Of a stretch of DNA of 16,000 nt, positions 6,722 through 14,835 are shown in pieces. The notes under the pieces are model-generated. The model saw only the letters and a list, made by a program, of their open reading frames with translations, was not told where the DNA came from and ran no database searches. The translations under genes were made by a program, and so were the position numbers. The number at the start of each line of letters is the position of its first letter. Position 1 is the stretch's first letter. Where the stretch lies: NCBI RefSeq assembly GCF_007827975.1, contig NZ_VITT01000003.1; one strand, given 5' to 3'. Source of the stretch: Nitrospirillum viridazoti (GTDB lineage Bacteria > Pseudomonadota > Alphaproteobacteria > Azospirillales > Azospirillaceae).

Positions 6722-7156
6722 CTAAGGTTCGGGGAATTCGCCGCGACGATAGACCGGCACGACGGCTTTTCCAGCCGCGATGGCTAGGGCCCAGCGGGCA
6801 TAAGGCAGACTACCGGCCAAATGCTCCGAGATACCCGCCACGAGGGCGGACCATTCGGCGTCATGCTCAGTCGCGTGGGCTGTCAGCCCGCCTTGAGCGC
6901 CTATGGTAAGGCCGATGGTATCGCCGGCTAGGTAGTCGGTTGTGCGCAACGCGACGATAGTTTCTATCGCCGTCCAAGGCAACTCATGGTCCCGACCATT
7001 CTTGTGAATGGCAAGGCCACCAGCAGATACAGTCATCTTCCCGCGCCGCTGGTCACGCAGTCGTTGCAGGCGATTGGTGGTCCATCGGTTGAGGCGGTCG
7101 AGGAACATGGCCGGATAGTCCGTTGGAGCCAGGGGAGCCGCCAGCGTGCCAGACAT
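6722..7156 (-). CDS. Hypothetical protein (144 aa), atypical codon usage
   Basis: It is the only long ORF in the 6620-7200 gap. The listed 261-aa ORF runs antisense into the 3' end of icd, so I trim it to ATG 7156 (MSGTLAAPL...); ATG 7108 is an alternative. No motif recognised and no clear SD. By my hand count roughly a third of codons end in A/T, including ATA and CTA, against nearly all G/C-ending codons in neighbouring genes. Confidence 0.5.
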   Translation of the reverse strand: MSGTLAAPLAPTDYPAMFLDRLNRWTTNRLQRLRDQRRGKMTVSAGGLAIHKNGRDHELPWTAIETIVALRTTDYLAGDTIGLTIGAQGGLTAHATEHDAEWSALVAGISEHLAGSLPYARWALAIAAGKAVVPVYRRGEFPEP

Positions 7157-7218
7157 TTCGACGTGACGGACGGTCAAGAAGAACCGTAAGGTTGCCGATG
7201 ACAACAGTCCTGCCCAGC

Positions 7219-7258
7219 CAAAAGAAAACGCCGGGCGGTGGTGTGCCGCCCGGCGTTT
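7219..7258 (-). terminator. Rho-independent terminator of icd (minus strand)
   Basis: 10-bp GC stem CGCCGGGCGG (7229-7238) / CCGCCCGGCG (7246-7255), extendable by three A-U pairs, with a 7-nt loop. On the minus strand it is followed by TTTTCTTTTG. Confidence 0.85.
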
Positions 7259-7284
7259 CGTCACATCGGAACCGTTGGCAAGCC

Positions 7285-8508
7285 TCAGGCGGCGAAGCCC
7301 ATGGCCTTGCGCAGGTTCTCGTCCAGCTTGGCCAGGAAGTCCTGGGTGGTCAGCCAGGGCTGGTCCGGGCCGATCAGGATGGCCAGGTCCTTGGTCATGA
7401 AGCCGGACTCGACCGTCTCCACGCACACCTTCTCCAGCGTCTTGGCGAAGTTGGTGACCTCCGGCGTGCCGTCGAACTGGCCGCGATAGGCCAGGCCCTG
7501 CGTCCACGCGAAGATGGAGGCGATGGGGTTGGTGGAGGTGGGGCGGCCCTTCTGGTGCTCACGATAGTGGCGGGTCACCGTGCCGTGGGCGGCCTCGGCC
7601 TCCACGGTCTTGCCATCGGGCGTCAGCAGCACCGAGGTCATCAGGCCCAGCGAACCGAAACCCTGGGCCACGGTGTCGGACTGCACGTCGCCGTCGTAGT
7701 TCTTGCAGGCCCAGACGAAGGCGCCGTCCCACTTCAGGGCGGAGGCGACCATGTCGTCGATCAGGCGGTGCTCGTAGACGATGCCCTTGGCCTTGAAGCG
7801 CTCGGCGAACTCGGCGTCGAAGATTTCCTGGAAGATGTCCTTGAAGCGGCCATCATAGGCCTTGAGGATCGTGTTCTTCGTGGACAGGTACACCGGATAG
7901 CCGCGCTGCAGGCCGTAGTTGAAGCAGGCGCGGGCGAAGCCGGCGATCGATTCGTCCAGGTTGTACATGCCCATGGCCACGCCGGCCTCGGGGAACTTGA
8001 ACACGTCGTAGGTGATGGCCTCGCCGCCGTCGTCGGGCGTGAAGGTCATGGTCAGCTTGCCGGCGCCGGGCACCTTGAAGTCGGTGGCGCGGTACTGGTC
8101 GCCGAAGGCGTGGCGGCCGATGACGATGGGCTTGGTCCAGCCCGGCACCAGGCGCGGCACGTTCTTGCAGATGATGGGCTCACGGAAGACGGTGCCGCCC
8201 AGGATGTTGCGGATGGTGCCGTTGGGCGACTTCCACATCTTCTTCAGGCTGAACTCGGCCACGCGGGCCTCGTCCGGGGTGATGGTCGCGCACTTCACGC
8301 CCACGCCGTACTTCTTGATGGCCTCGGCCGCGTCCACGGTCACCTGGTCGTTGGTGGCGTCGCGATGCTCGATGCCCAGGTCGAAGTACTTCAGGTCGAT
8401 GTCGAGGTAGGGCAGGATCAGCTTGTCTTTGATGAACTGCCAAATGATGCGGGTCATCTCATCGCCATCAAGCTCGACGACGGGATTGGCAACCTTGATC
8501 TTCTGCAT
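7285..8508 (-). CDS. icd: NADP-dependent isocitrate dehydrogenase, eukaryote-like type II homodimeric form (407 aa)
   Basis: [36 protein letters not shown]...[12 protein letters not shown]...[21 protein letters not shown] is near-identical in pattern to the IDH1/IDP family found in many alphaproteobacteria. Start trimmed to ATG 8508 (GAAGG SD upstream). The remaining 66 codons of the ORF track look non-coding. Confidence 0.95.
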   Translation of the reverse strand: MQKIKVANPVVELDGDEMTRIIWQFIKDKLILPYLDIDLKYFDLGIEHRDATNDQVTVDAAEAIKKYGVGVKCATITPDEARVAEFSLKKMWKSPNGTIRNILGGTVFREPIICKNVPRLVPGWTKPIVIGRHAFGDQYRATDFKVPGAGKLTMTFTPDDGGEAITYDVFKFPEAGVAMGMYNLDESIAGFARACFNYGLQRGYPVYLSTKNTILKAYDGRFKDIFQEIFDAEFAERFKAKGIVYEHRLIDDMVASALKWDGAFVWACKNYDGDVQSDTVAQGFGSLGLMTSVLLTPDGKTVEAEAAHGTVTRHYREHQKGRPTSTNPIASIFAWTQGLAYRGQFDGTPEVTNFAKTLEKVCVETVESGFMTKDLAILIGPDQPWLTTQDFLAKLDENLRKAMGFAA

Positions 8509-8751
8509 TCTCAATGCCTTCTGCGTATAGGTAATTTTTATGACAACCGGCGCCGCGTTTGAGCGCGCCTCGATATGCCAGAACCATTTCCCGGGTAAGA
8601 AACGACCGCGATTGGGCGACCAGTATATCGGACGGCCGGTATAAGAGCCCATTCGGGCCCGGCGATCAAGCAAGCGGGGCGGGGAACCGGCGTGCGGTCC
8701 CCGCAACGGTGTCCCCCCGATGGAACCGGGGCCGAGCGCCCTTGAAACCGG

Positions 8752-9336
8752 CTACAGCCGTTCCACCGCGATCTTCTGCAGGGCGTCCGGCGCACGGCGC
8801 AGGGCCGGCAGGATGGCGTGGACGCTGTCGACGAAGGTGAAATAGCTCTCGATTTCGCCCCGACCGAAACCGGTGGCGCGGATGTGGGTCAGCAGGTCGC
8901 GCAGCGGATCCCAGTAGCCGCCGATGTTGGCGATGACCACCGGCTTGTCGTGCAGGCCCAACTGGCGCCAGGTGATGATCTCGAACGCCTCGTCCAGGGT
9001 GCCCAGGCCGCCGGGCATGACGATGAAGGCGTCGGACTTCTCCACCATCATGCGCTTGCGCGTGTGCATGCTGTCCACGACGTGCAGTTCGGTCAGGCCG
9101 CCGTGGTCGACCTCGCGCACCTGGATGTGGTCGGGGATGATGCCCACCACCTCGCCGCCGGCCGCCAGGGCGGCGTCGGCGGTGATGCCCATCAGGCCCA
9201 CGCGGCCGCCGCCATAGACCAGCCGCAGGCCGGCGCTGCCGATCAGGGTGCCCAGGTCGTGGGCGGCCTTCTTGTATTCCTCCGACACCTGGCCCGAGGA
9301 CCCGCAATAGACACAGACGCTACGCACCTTGGACAT
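8752..9336 (-). CDS. LOG family protein (cytokinin riboside 5'-monophosphate phosphoribohydrolase-like, TIGR00730 family)
   Basis: VCVYCGSS, YGGGRVGLMG and the diagnostic PGGLGTLDE motif. Start at ATG 9336 (MSKVRS; AAGGA 8 nt upstream), with ATG 9345 as an alternative. Confidence 0.9.
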   Translation of the reverse strand: MSKVRSVCVYCGSSGQVSEEYKKAAHDLGTLIGSAGLRLVYGGGRVGLMGITADAALAAGGEVVGIIPDHIQVREVDHGGLTELHVVDSMHTRKRMMVEKSDAFIVMPGGLGTLDEAFEIITWRQLGLHDKPVVIANIGGYWDPLRDLLTHIRATGFGRGEIESYFTFVDSVHAILPALRRAPDALQKIAVERL

Positions 9337-9351
9337 TCCTCTCATCCTTAT

Positions 9352-9381
9352 GGAACGGGCGGGCTTCTGGAACGGGTGGCA
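9352..9381. repeat. Two copies of GGAACGGGYGG spaced 17 bp apart; a third copy lies at 9537-9550
   Basis: GGAACGGGCGGGC (9352-9364), GGAACGGGTGGCA (9369-9381) and CGAACGGGTGGCGG (9537-9550), all in the same orientation within the divergent LOG/cytochrome c' intergenic region. Confidence 0.45.
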
Positions 9382-9596
9382 TGGGCTGCAACCACCTCAT
9401 CCCCGCCCGGGATGCCGCCGTCCGATGACCGCCAGCGGGGCTTGCCGGACGGGTGACGGCCCGTTACACCATCCTTGCGAGCCGACTGCAAGCTATCCGG
9501 CAGGCCGTGCAAGGCGGCGGATGGCATTAGGCGACCCGAACGGGTGGCGGGCAAGGCCATAGAGATAAGTGGTTACAATCAGGGCAGGAGAGAAGA

Positions 9597-10100
9597 ATGC
9601 CGCGTGCTTTTCGTGATGTCCCGCAAGCCTTTCGCGCCGGTTCCGCCGTGCGTGTCGCCGCCGGCCTGGCCCTGGCCGCCGCCCTTCTGGGCGGCAGCGT
9701 CGCCCACGCCGCGCTGGACCCGGCCGAAATCGTCAAGGCCCGCCAGCAGGACATGAAGAAGCTGGGCGGCGGCATGAAGGTCTTCATGGGCTACCTGAAG
9801 GACGACAAGGGCACCGCCCAGGACGTGGCCGCCGCCGCCGCCGCCATGCAGGCCGTGACCAAGGGCCTGCCCGACCAGTTCACCGAGGGCACGGCCGTGG
9901 GCGTGGGCGAAAGCGAGGCCCTGCCCGCGATCTGGCAGGAAAATGCCAAGTTCCGCCAGGGCTTCACCGACCTGGCCCAGGCGCTGGACAAGATTCTGGC
10001 GCTGCCGGCCACCGCCGACAAGGCCGCGATCGGCCAGGCGGTGCAGGCCGTGGGCGGCACCTGCAAGCAGTGCCACGACAGCTACCGGCAGAAGAAGTAA
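9597..10100 (+). CDS. cycP: Cytochrome c' (class II c-type cytochrome)
   Basis: Sec signal peptide ending AHA/A. Four-helix-bundle-like Ala/Lys-rich body. A single haem-binding CKQCH motif sits close to the C-terminus (GGTCKQCHDSYRQKK), which is diagnostic of class II cytochromes c. Strong SD AGGAGAG upstream of the ATG. Confidence 0.9.
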   Translation: MPRAFRDVPQAFRAGSAVRVAAGLALAAALLGGSVAHAALDPAEIVKARQQDMKKLGGGMKVFMGYLKDDKGTAQDVAAAAAAMQAVTKGLPDQFTEGTAVGVGESEALPAIWQENAKFRQGFTDLAQALDKILALPATADKAAIGQAVQAVGGTCKQCHDSYRQKK

Positions 10101-10107
10101 GCCGGGC

Positions 10108-10818
10108 GTGGCGCCCGAGGATCAGGGCGGGGGCCTCGGGGAGCGCATCCCCATCTGGGACCTGCCCATCCGGCTGTTCCACTGGCTGTTGGTCGCCGAT
10201 TTGGCCGGGCTGTGGTGGACGGCCACCCACGACGATTTGGCCCTGCATTTCAAGCTGGGCTACGCCGCCCTGGCCCTGCTGCTGTTCCGCTTGTTCTGGG
10301 GGGTGATGGGCAGCGACCAGGCGCGCTTCGCCCGTTTCCTTAAGGGGCCAGGGGCGGTGCTGCGCCACGTGCGGCACGTGGCCAGCCCCGGCCCGCTGCC
10401 ACCGCAGCGGGGGCACAACGCGCTGGGCGGCTGGGCCGTGGTCGTCCTGTTGCTGGTGCTGCTGGCCCAGGTGGGCACCGGCCTGTTCGCCGTGGATGAC
10501 GACGGGATGGAGGAGGGGCCGCTGGCCCACCGCGTCGGCGCGTCGGCCGCCAAGTTGGCGCGGCGGCTGCACCACGCCAACTTCAGCCTGATCCAGGTCG
10601 TGGTCGCCGTGCACGTGGCGGCGGTGCTGTTCTATCTGGTGGTCAAGCGCGAGAACCTGGTGCGCCCCATGGTCACGGGGTGGAAACGCCTTACCTTCCT
10701 GCCCGGCGATGGGGCGGGGGAGGGCGACGTGGGCCACGGCTGGGTCCCGCTGTGGCGGGCGGGCCTATTGGCCGCGGTGGCGGCGGGTTTGGTGGCGGGT
10801 TTGGTCGTTTTCGCCTGA
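10108..10818 (+). CDS. Cytochrome b561 family membrane protein (Ni/Fe-hydrogenase b-type cytochrome subunit-like)
   Basis: IPIWDLPIRLFHWLLV...LHFKLGYAALALLLFRLFWG...GHNALGGWAVVVLL...HHANFSLIQ shows the conserved His-containing TM helices of the PF01292-type family. No in-frame ATG is suitably placed, so I propose GTG 10108, 7 nt after the cytochrome c' stop, implying translational coupling. Confidence 0.8.
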   Translation: MAPEDQGGGLGERIPIWDLPIRLFHWLLVADLAGLWWTATHDDLALHFKLGYAALALLLFRLFWGVMGSDQARFARFLKGPGAVLRHVRHVASPGPLPPQRGHNALGGWAVVVLLLVLLAQVGTGLFAVDDDGMEEGPLAHRVGASAAKLARRLHHANFSLIQVVVAVHVAAVLFYLVVKRENLVRPMVTGWKRLTFLPGDGAGEGDVGHGWVPLWRAGLLAAVAAGLVAGLVVFA

Positions 10819-10931
10819 CGCGGCGATCTTCCAGGCTTGATCGCGCGGGTGCCACCGGGCTATTCCGGGACGGCACCCAGGGTCAACTGGGGGGCTCATG
10901 AACCGGCGGCCGGGGGTCAGCCGCCGGGACA

Positions 10932-11972
10932 ATGACAAAGGAACCGACTGTGACGCAGAACAAGGTCATTGCCGCCGTCGTCGGCGTGGGCGCGCTGGCG
11001 CTGCTGGTTTGGGGCTTGTCCCACATGCAGGCCGACCGCACCGCCGGCACGACGCAAACCGCCGCCCCGGCCGTGGCCGAGGCCCCGTCCGGCCCCAGCG
11101 CGGTTCCCACCTTCGACGTGGTGCGCGTCAGCCCCGACGGCACGGCGGTCATCGCCGGCCGCGCCATGCCGGGCGCCGCCGTCACCATCTCCGACGGCGA
11201 CAAGGAGTTGGGCACCGTCACCGCCGACAAGCGTGGCGAGTGGGTGCTGACCCCCACCCAGGCGCTGACCCCCGGCTCCCGCACCCTGTCCCTGAAGATG
11301 AAGACGGCGGAAGGCGCCGAGGTCGCGGCGGATGAGACGGTGACCCTGGTGGTGCCGGACGCCAAGCGCGACATCGCCGGCCGCAAGCAGAACGAAACCG
11401 GCGGCGCCCTGGCCGTCGTCACCCCGCGCCGGGGCGGCAGCCGCGTGCTGCAGAGCCCGGTCAAGACCGACAAGTCGCTGGCCGTCGCCATCGACACCAT
11501 CGACTACAACCGTGCCGGCGCCGTCACCGTGGGCGGCGACGCCCCGGCCAAGGCGGAGGTGCAGCTGTACCTGGACAACACGCTGGTGGGCCACGCCACG
11601 GCCGACCTGCAGGGCCGCTGGGCCATCACCCCGGAACGCCTGGTCGACCCCGGCCGCTACACCCTGCGCGTCGACCAGGTGGGGGCCGACGGCAAGGTGG
11701 CGGCGCGCGCCGAGGTGACCTTCGAACGCCAGCCCATCGCCGACAGCGACAGCCGCGCCGTGGTGGTGGTGGCCGGCAACAACCTGTGGACCCTGGCCCG
11801 CCACCTCTATGGCGAGGGCATCCAGTACACCACCATCTTCGACGCCAACCAGGACCAGATCCGCGACCCCAACCTGATCTACCCCGGCCAGATCTTCATC
11901 CTGCCGACCAACGGCCAAGCGGGGGGCGGCCAGGCGAACGGCGGGCAGGCGGGTGCCGGCGGGCATCACTGA
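10932..11972 (+). CDS. LysM peptidoglycan-binding protein with N-terminal membrane anchor and Ig-like repeats
   Basis: N-terminal TM segment (VIAAVVGVGALALLVWGL). Two repeats of the type VSPDGTAVIAGRAMPGAAVTI..DG..LG...AD..GEW. C-terminal LysM (VVVAGNNLWTLARHLYGEGIQYTTIFDANQDQIRDPNLIYPGQIFILP). A Gly/Gln-rich tail. GTG 10950, preceded by AAAGGA, is an alternative start. Confidence 0.85.
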   Translation: MTKEPTVTQNKVIAAVVGVGALALLVWGLSHMQADRTAGTTQTAAPAVAEAPSGPSAVPTFDVVRVSPDGTAVIAGRAMPGAAVTISDGDKELGTVTADKRGEWVLTPTQALTPGSRTLSLKMKTAEGAEVAADETVTLVVPDAKRDIAGRKQNETGGALAVVTPRRGGSRVLQSPVKTDKSLAVAIDTIDYNRAGAVTVGGDAPAKAEVQLYLDNTLVGHATADLQGRWAITPERLVDPGRYTLRVDQVGADGKVAARAEVTFERQPIADSDSRAVVVVAGNNLWTLARHLYGEGIQYTTIFDANQDQIRDPNLIYPGQIFILPTNGQAGGGQANGGQAGAGGHH

Positions 11973-11983
11973 GCGTGCCGCAA

Positions 11984-12022
11984 AAGAAAACGCCCCGGGG
12001 ACCGATCTCCGGGGCGTTTTTG
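11984..12022. terminator. Bidirectional rho-independent terminator
   Basis: AAAACGCCCCGGGGA (11987-12001) pairs with TCTCCGGGGCGTTTT (12006-12020). The A-tract on the left and T-tract on the right let it serve both the LysM gene (+) and the 154-aa gene (-). Confidence 0.85.
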
Positions 12023-12056
12023 CTCGGGCGCTGGGCGCCGGTGTCACAAGCCGGTG

Positions 12057-12521
12057 CTACAAATAGCTGCCGAAGATGCGCAGGTACGGCCGCGCCTCCT
12101 GGATGAACTGCACCGTCTCGTACATCAGGTCGGTCAGGCTGACATGGCCCGGCACGTCCTGCTGGCTCAGCACCAGCACCTTCTGCTGTTCGTCGACGAT
12201 GAAGCGGGCGGTGCGCAGGCTGGCCGTGGCGCGCAGGATGGACTGCAGCTTGGCGCGCTTCTCCGGCGCCTCGATGGTGTAGGGCAGGAAGCCGACCTCG
12301 GCCCAGATCTGGAACAGGGTGCTCTCATCCTGCGGCGTGATCGAGACGTGGAACAGCAGGCCGTCCAGATAGAAATGGTGGCGCGAGGGGGAACGGTCGC
12401 GGTTGAGGCGGACCGTGCCGTCCTCGCCGAACAGCAGAGCGTCCTTGCCCAGCGGCAGGCCCGCCTGGGCGCTCTGCGCCAAGCCGGCGAGGTTCTGGAC
12501 GGTGACGATCGCCTGTTCCAT
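12057..12521 (-). CDS. Conserved hypothetical protein (154 aa), possibly a CesT/YbjN-like chaperone fold (speculative)
   Basis: Native high-GC3 codon usage, checked codon by codon. Clean stop just before the bidirectional terminator. No catalytic motif recognised. Size, absence of a signal peptide and the alternating beta/alpha-looking pattern suggest a small cytoplasmic alpha/beta protein. Confidence 0.75.
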   Translation of the reverse strand: MEQAIVTVQNLAGLAQSAQAGLPLGKDALLFGEDGTVRLNRDRSPSRHHFYLDGLLFHVSITPQDESTLFQIWAEVGFLPYTIEAPEKRAKLQSILRATASLRTARFIVDEQQKVLVLSQQDVPGHVSLTDLMYETVQFIQEARPYLRIFGSYL

Positions 12522-12746
12522 TGACTGAACGCCCTCTCAATGCTTTTAGCGCCGGTTCGGCAGCAGAACAAACCGGCGTCATGCTTACCCTCAGGCGCCG
12601 CTGGCCGTCCACCTTAATCCCGGGCGTCCCCCTTGAACTTGATAAGGGCGCCCTATTGCCAAGGTGCGCATTGCGGCGCGCGTGAAGCGGGAGCATATCG
12701 GCAGAGAACTAACAAGAAGTAAGCGGCCAGTTCCTGGGAACGGTGT

Positions 12747-14033
12747 GTGGGAACGGGATGGGAGGACGCGGACTTGAGCAGCGATATGGATGTGGCGGTC
12801 CTGGTGGTGGGGGCCGGCCCCACGGGCCTGGCGCTGGGGGCCATGCTGGGCCGTACCGGCGTGCCCGTTCGGGTGATCGACAAGGCGGCGGGCCGCTCCC
12901 AGAAATCGAAGGCGCTGGGCGTGCACGCCGGCACGCTGGAGGCGCTGTCGGACGTGTTCGGCATGGCCCTGCCGGCCCGCATGGTGGCCACGGGCCAGCC
13001 GGTGCGCACCGTGCATTTTCACCTGGGCGACCGGCGGCCCATCCCGGTGGATCTGGGCGGCCTGCCCAGCCCCTACAACTTCGTCCTGGTGCTGCCGCAG
13101 GGGGAGACGGAGCGCCTGCTGGCGGAGCAGGCGGCGGCCTTCAACGTGGCTGTCGACTGGAACCATGAACTGGCCGGCCTGCGGCAGGACGGCGACGGCG
13201 TGCAGTGCGAGGTGCGCCGGCCCGATGGCGACATCGAATTGGTGCGCGCCGCCTATGTCGTCGGCTGCGACGGCGCCCACAGCGTGGTGCGCCACCAGGT
13301 GGGCGCCAGTTTCGCCGGTGGTTCCTATCCCGGCACCTTCCTGCTGGCCGACGTGACCCTGGACTGGGGCCCGGGGCAGGGGGATTTGGGCCACGACTCC
13401 GTGCGTTTCTTCAGCACAGAGGCGGGGGCCATGGCCTTCTTTCCCTTGAAGGACGCGGATCATCCCACGCTGTGCCGCCTGGTGGTCATCCCCAAGGGCG
13501 ATCCGCCGGCGCCGGAGGCGGAGGTCGACCTGACCGCCTTCACCACCCTGGCCCGCGCCGTGTCCGGCCAGCCCCTGGTGCTGGGGGAGGCCACTTGGCT
13601 GACCCGCTTCACCATCCACCACCGCATGGTGCGGCGGCTGCGCCACGGCCGGGTGTTCCTGGCCGGCGACGCCGCCCATATCCACAGCCCGGCCGGCGGC
13701 CAGGGCATGAACACCGGCATTCAGGACGCCCTGAACCTGGGCGCCCGCCTGACGGAGGTGCTGCGCCGGGGTGGGAGAGGGCGGAAGGACGAGGGTGTGC
13801 TGGACCGCTACGCCCAGGACCGCCTGCCTGTGGCGCGCGGCGTACTGCGGGGCACCGACCTGATATCCCGCGTGGGCCTGCTGGCCGACGGCTGGTGGGG
13901 CCGGCTGCTGCGCCGGCACATTCTGCCCCTGGTCGTCGGCACCCCCTTCCTGCGGCGGCGCATCGCGCTGACCCTGTCGCAACTGCCGGTGTCGCGCCAG
14001 GAGCGGCCGGTGCGGCTGGCGGCGCTGGACTAA
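12747..14033 (+). CDS. FAD-dependent aromatic-ring monooxygenase (PheA/TfdB/UbiH-like class A flavoprotein)
   Basis: Rossmann motif VLVVGAGPTGLALGAML, the DG motif CDGAHSVVR, and the FAD/NAD(P)H motif VFLAGDAAHIHSPAGGQGMNTGIQDALNL. ATG 12786 (MDVAVLVVGAG) is an equally plausible start. Confidence 0.9.
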   Translation: MGTGWEDADLSSDMDVAVLVVGAGPTGLALGAMLGRTGVPVRVIDKAAGRSQKSKALGVHAGTLEALSDVFGMALPARMVATGQPVRTVHFHLGDRRPIPVDLGGLPSPYNFVLVLPQGETERLLAEQAAAFNVAVDWNHELAGLRQDGDGVQCEVRRPDGDIELVRAAYVVGCDGAHSVVRHQVGASFAGGSYPGTFLLADVTLDWGPGQGDLGHDSVRFFSTEAGAMAFFPLKDADHPTLCRLVVIPKGDPPAPEAEVDLTAFTTLARAVSGQPLVLGEATWLTRFTIHHRMVRRLRHGRVFLAGDAAHIHSPAGGQGMNTGIQDALNLGARLTEVLRRGGRGRKDEGVLDRYAQDRLPVARGVLRGTDLISRVGLLADGWWGRLLRRHILPLVVGTPFLRRRIALTLSQLPVSRQERPVRLAALD

Positions 14034-14743
14034 ACCCCGCTGCCGGCCATTTCCCGCACCACCGCCTCGCCCTTGGCGCGGCGGAAGTCGACCAGGCGCT
14101 TGCCCGGCTCATCTCGGAAGGTCTGGTCCAGCACCTCCGAAGCCCGCAGGCGGTCCAAGCGGAAGCAGCGGAAGTCCGCCTTCAATTCGCACCAGGCGAT
14201 CAGCAGCCATACAGGCCCGAAGAAGCTGAGGGACAGGGGACGCACCGATCGCTCGCTCAGGGTGCCATTCAGGGTTTCGTAGGTAATGCGCAGGTACTGC
14301 CGCCGCTGGGCAGCGCGCTTCAACTGCAGCAGGTCCACCGCAGGCGGGTGGCGGGTCACCCAAGGGGGTGCCCACAGGATCTCCCGCGCCGCGCTGTCGC
14401 GGGCAGCCTTGGGCAGCACGGCCCGGATCTTGGTGAGCGCCATCTCCGCCTGCGCCGCCAGGGCGCCGTCGCTCCAGATGCTCAGCACGCGGGCGCCGAA
14501 GGCCAGGATCTCCGCTTCGTCCTCGGTCAGGGTCAGGGGCGGCAGGAAATAGCCTTGACCCAGGCTGAAGCCTACACCGGCCTCTCCCCGGATGGGGACG
14601 CCGGCGGCCAGCAGCGCCTCGATGTCGCGATAGACCGTGCGGGCGGAAACCTCCAAAGCCTCCGCCAGGGTGGCCGCTGTCACCACCGGGCGGCCTCGCA
14701 GCAGGTCCAGCAGGATCAACAACCTTTCCGCGCGACGCGCCAT
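14030..14743 (-). CDS. YafY family transcriptional regulator (N-terminal wHTH plus WYL domain)
   Basis: N-terminal ERLLILLDLLRGRPVVTAATLAEALEVSARTVYRDIEAL (DeoR/HTH_11-like). WYL-type segment RSVRPLSLSFFGPVWLLIAWCELKADFRCFRLDRL. Its stop codon (14030-14032) overlaps the monooxygenase stop (14031-14033). Confidence 0.9.
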   Translation of the reverse strand: MARRAERLLILLDLLRGRPVVTAATLAEALEVSARTVYRDIEALLAAGVPIRGEAGVGFSLGQGYFLPPLTLTEDEAEILAFGARVLSIWSDGALAAQAEMALTKIRAVLPKAARDSAAREILWAPPWVTRHPPAVDLLQLKRAAQRRQYLRITYETLNGTLSERSVRPLSLSFFGPVWLLIAWCELKADFRCFRLDRLRASEVLDQTFRDEPGKRLVDFRRAKGEAVVREMAGSGV

Positions 14744-14835
14744 CTTGCCACCATGCTGTCAACAGGCTGACCATAGAATGCATGACGGCGCTGGCTCTCG
14801 GGAAGACGGTGCGGGTGCCGAAGCAGGGAACAGGA

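Noticed and set aside
6723-7193. 7-bp direct repeat TAAGGTT (6723-6729 and 7187-7193) bracketing the atypical orphan ORF, a possible target-site duplication.
   Set aside because: A 7-bp match between two ~100-bp flanks is roughly what chance predicts. There are no terminal inverted repeats or mobility genes.
8509-8751. Possible riboswitch, sRNA or sigma-54 site (TGGCAT on the minus strand) in the 243-bp icd upstream region, and a TTGATC-N17-TCTTAT promoter-like pair.
   Set aside because: The TGGCAT lacks a -12 TTGC. The sigma-70-like pair matches only 4/6 + 4/6. I could not recognise any known riboswitch core. This is insufficient evidence without TSS data.
9475-9491. FNR/NnrR-like dyad TTGCGAGCCGACTGCAA upstream of cytochrome c'.
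   Set aside because: The spacing is TTG-N11-CAA rather than the required TTG-N8-CAA, and the arms are only partly symmetrical.
9574-9579. TACAAT, a -10-like hexamer upstream of cytochrome c'.
   Set aside because: It lies only 17 nt from the ATG, so the implied TSS would fall inside the SD sequence. No matching -35 is present at 16-18 bp.
10903-10927. 8-bp GC hairpin CCGGCGGC/GCCGCCGG just upstream of the LysM gene start.
   Set aside because: It has no U-tract, so it is not a terminator. Such short GC stems are common in this composition. It matters only for choosing between the ATG 10932 and GTG 10950 starts.
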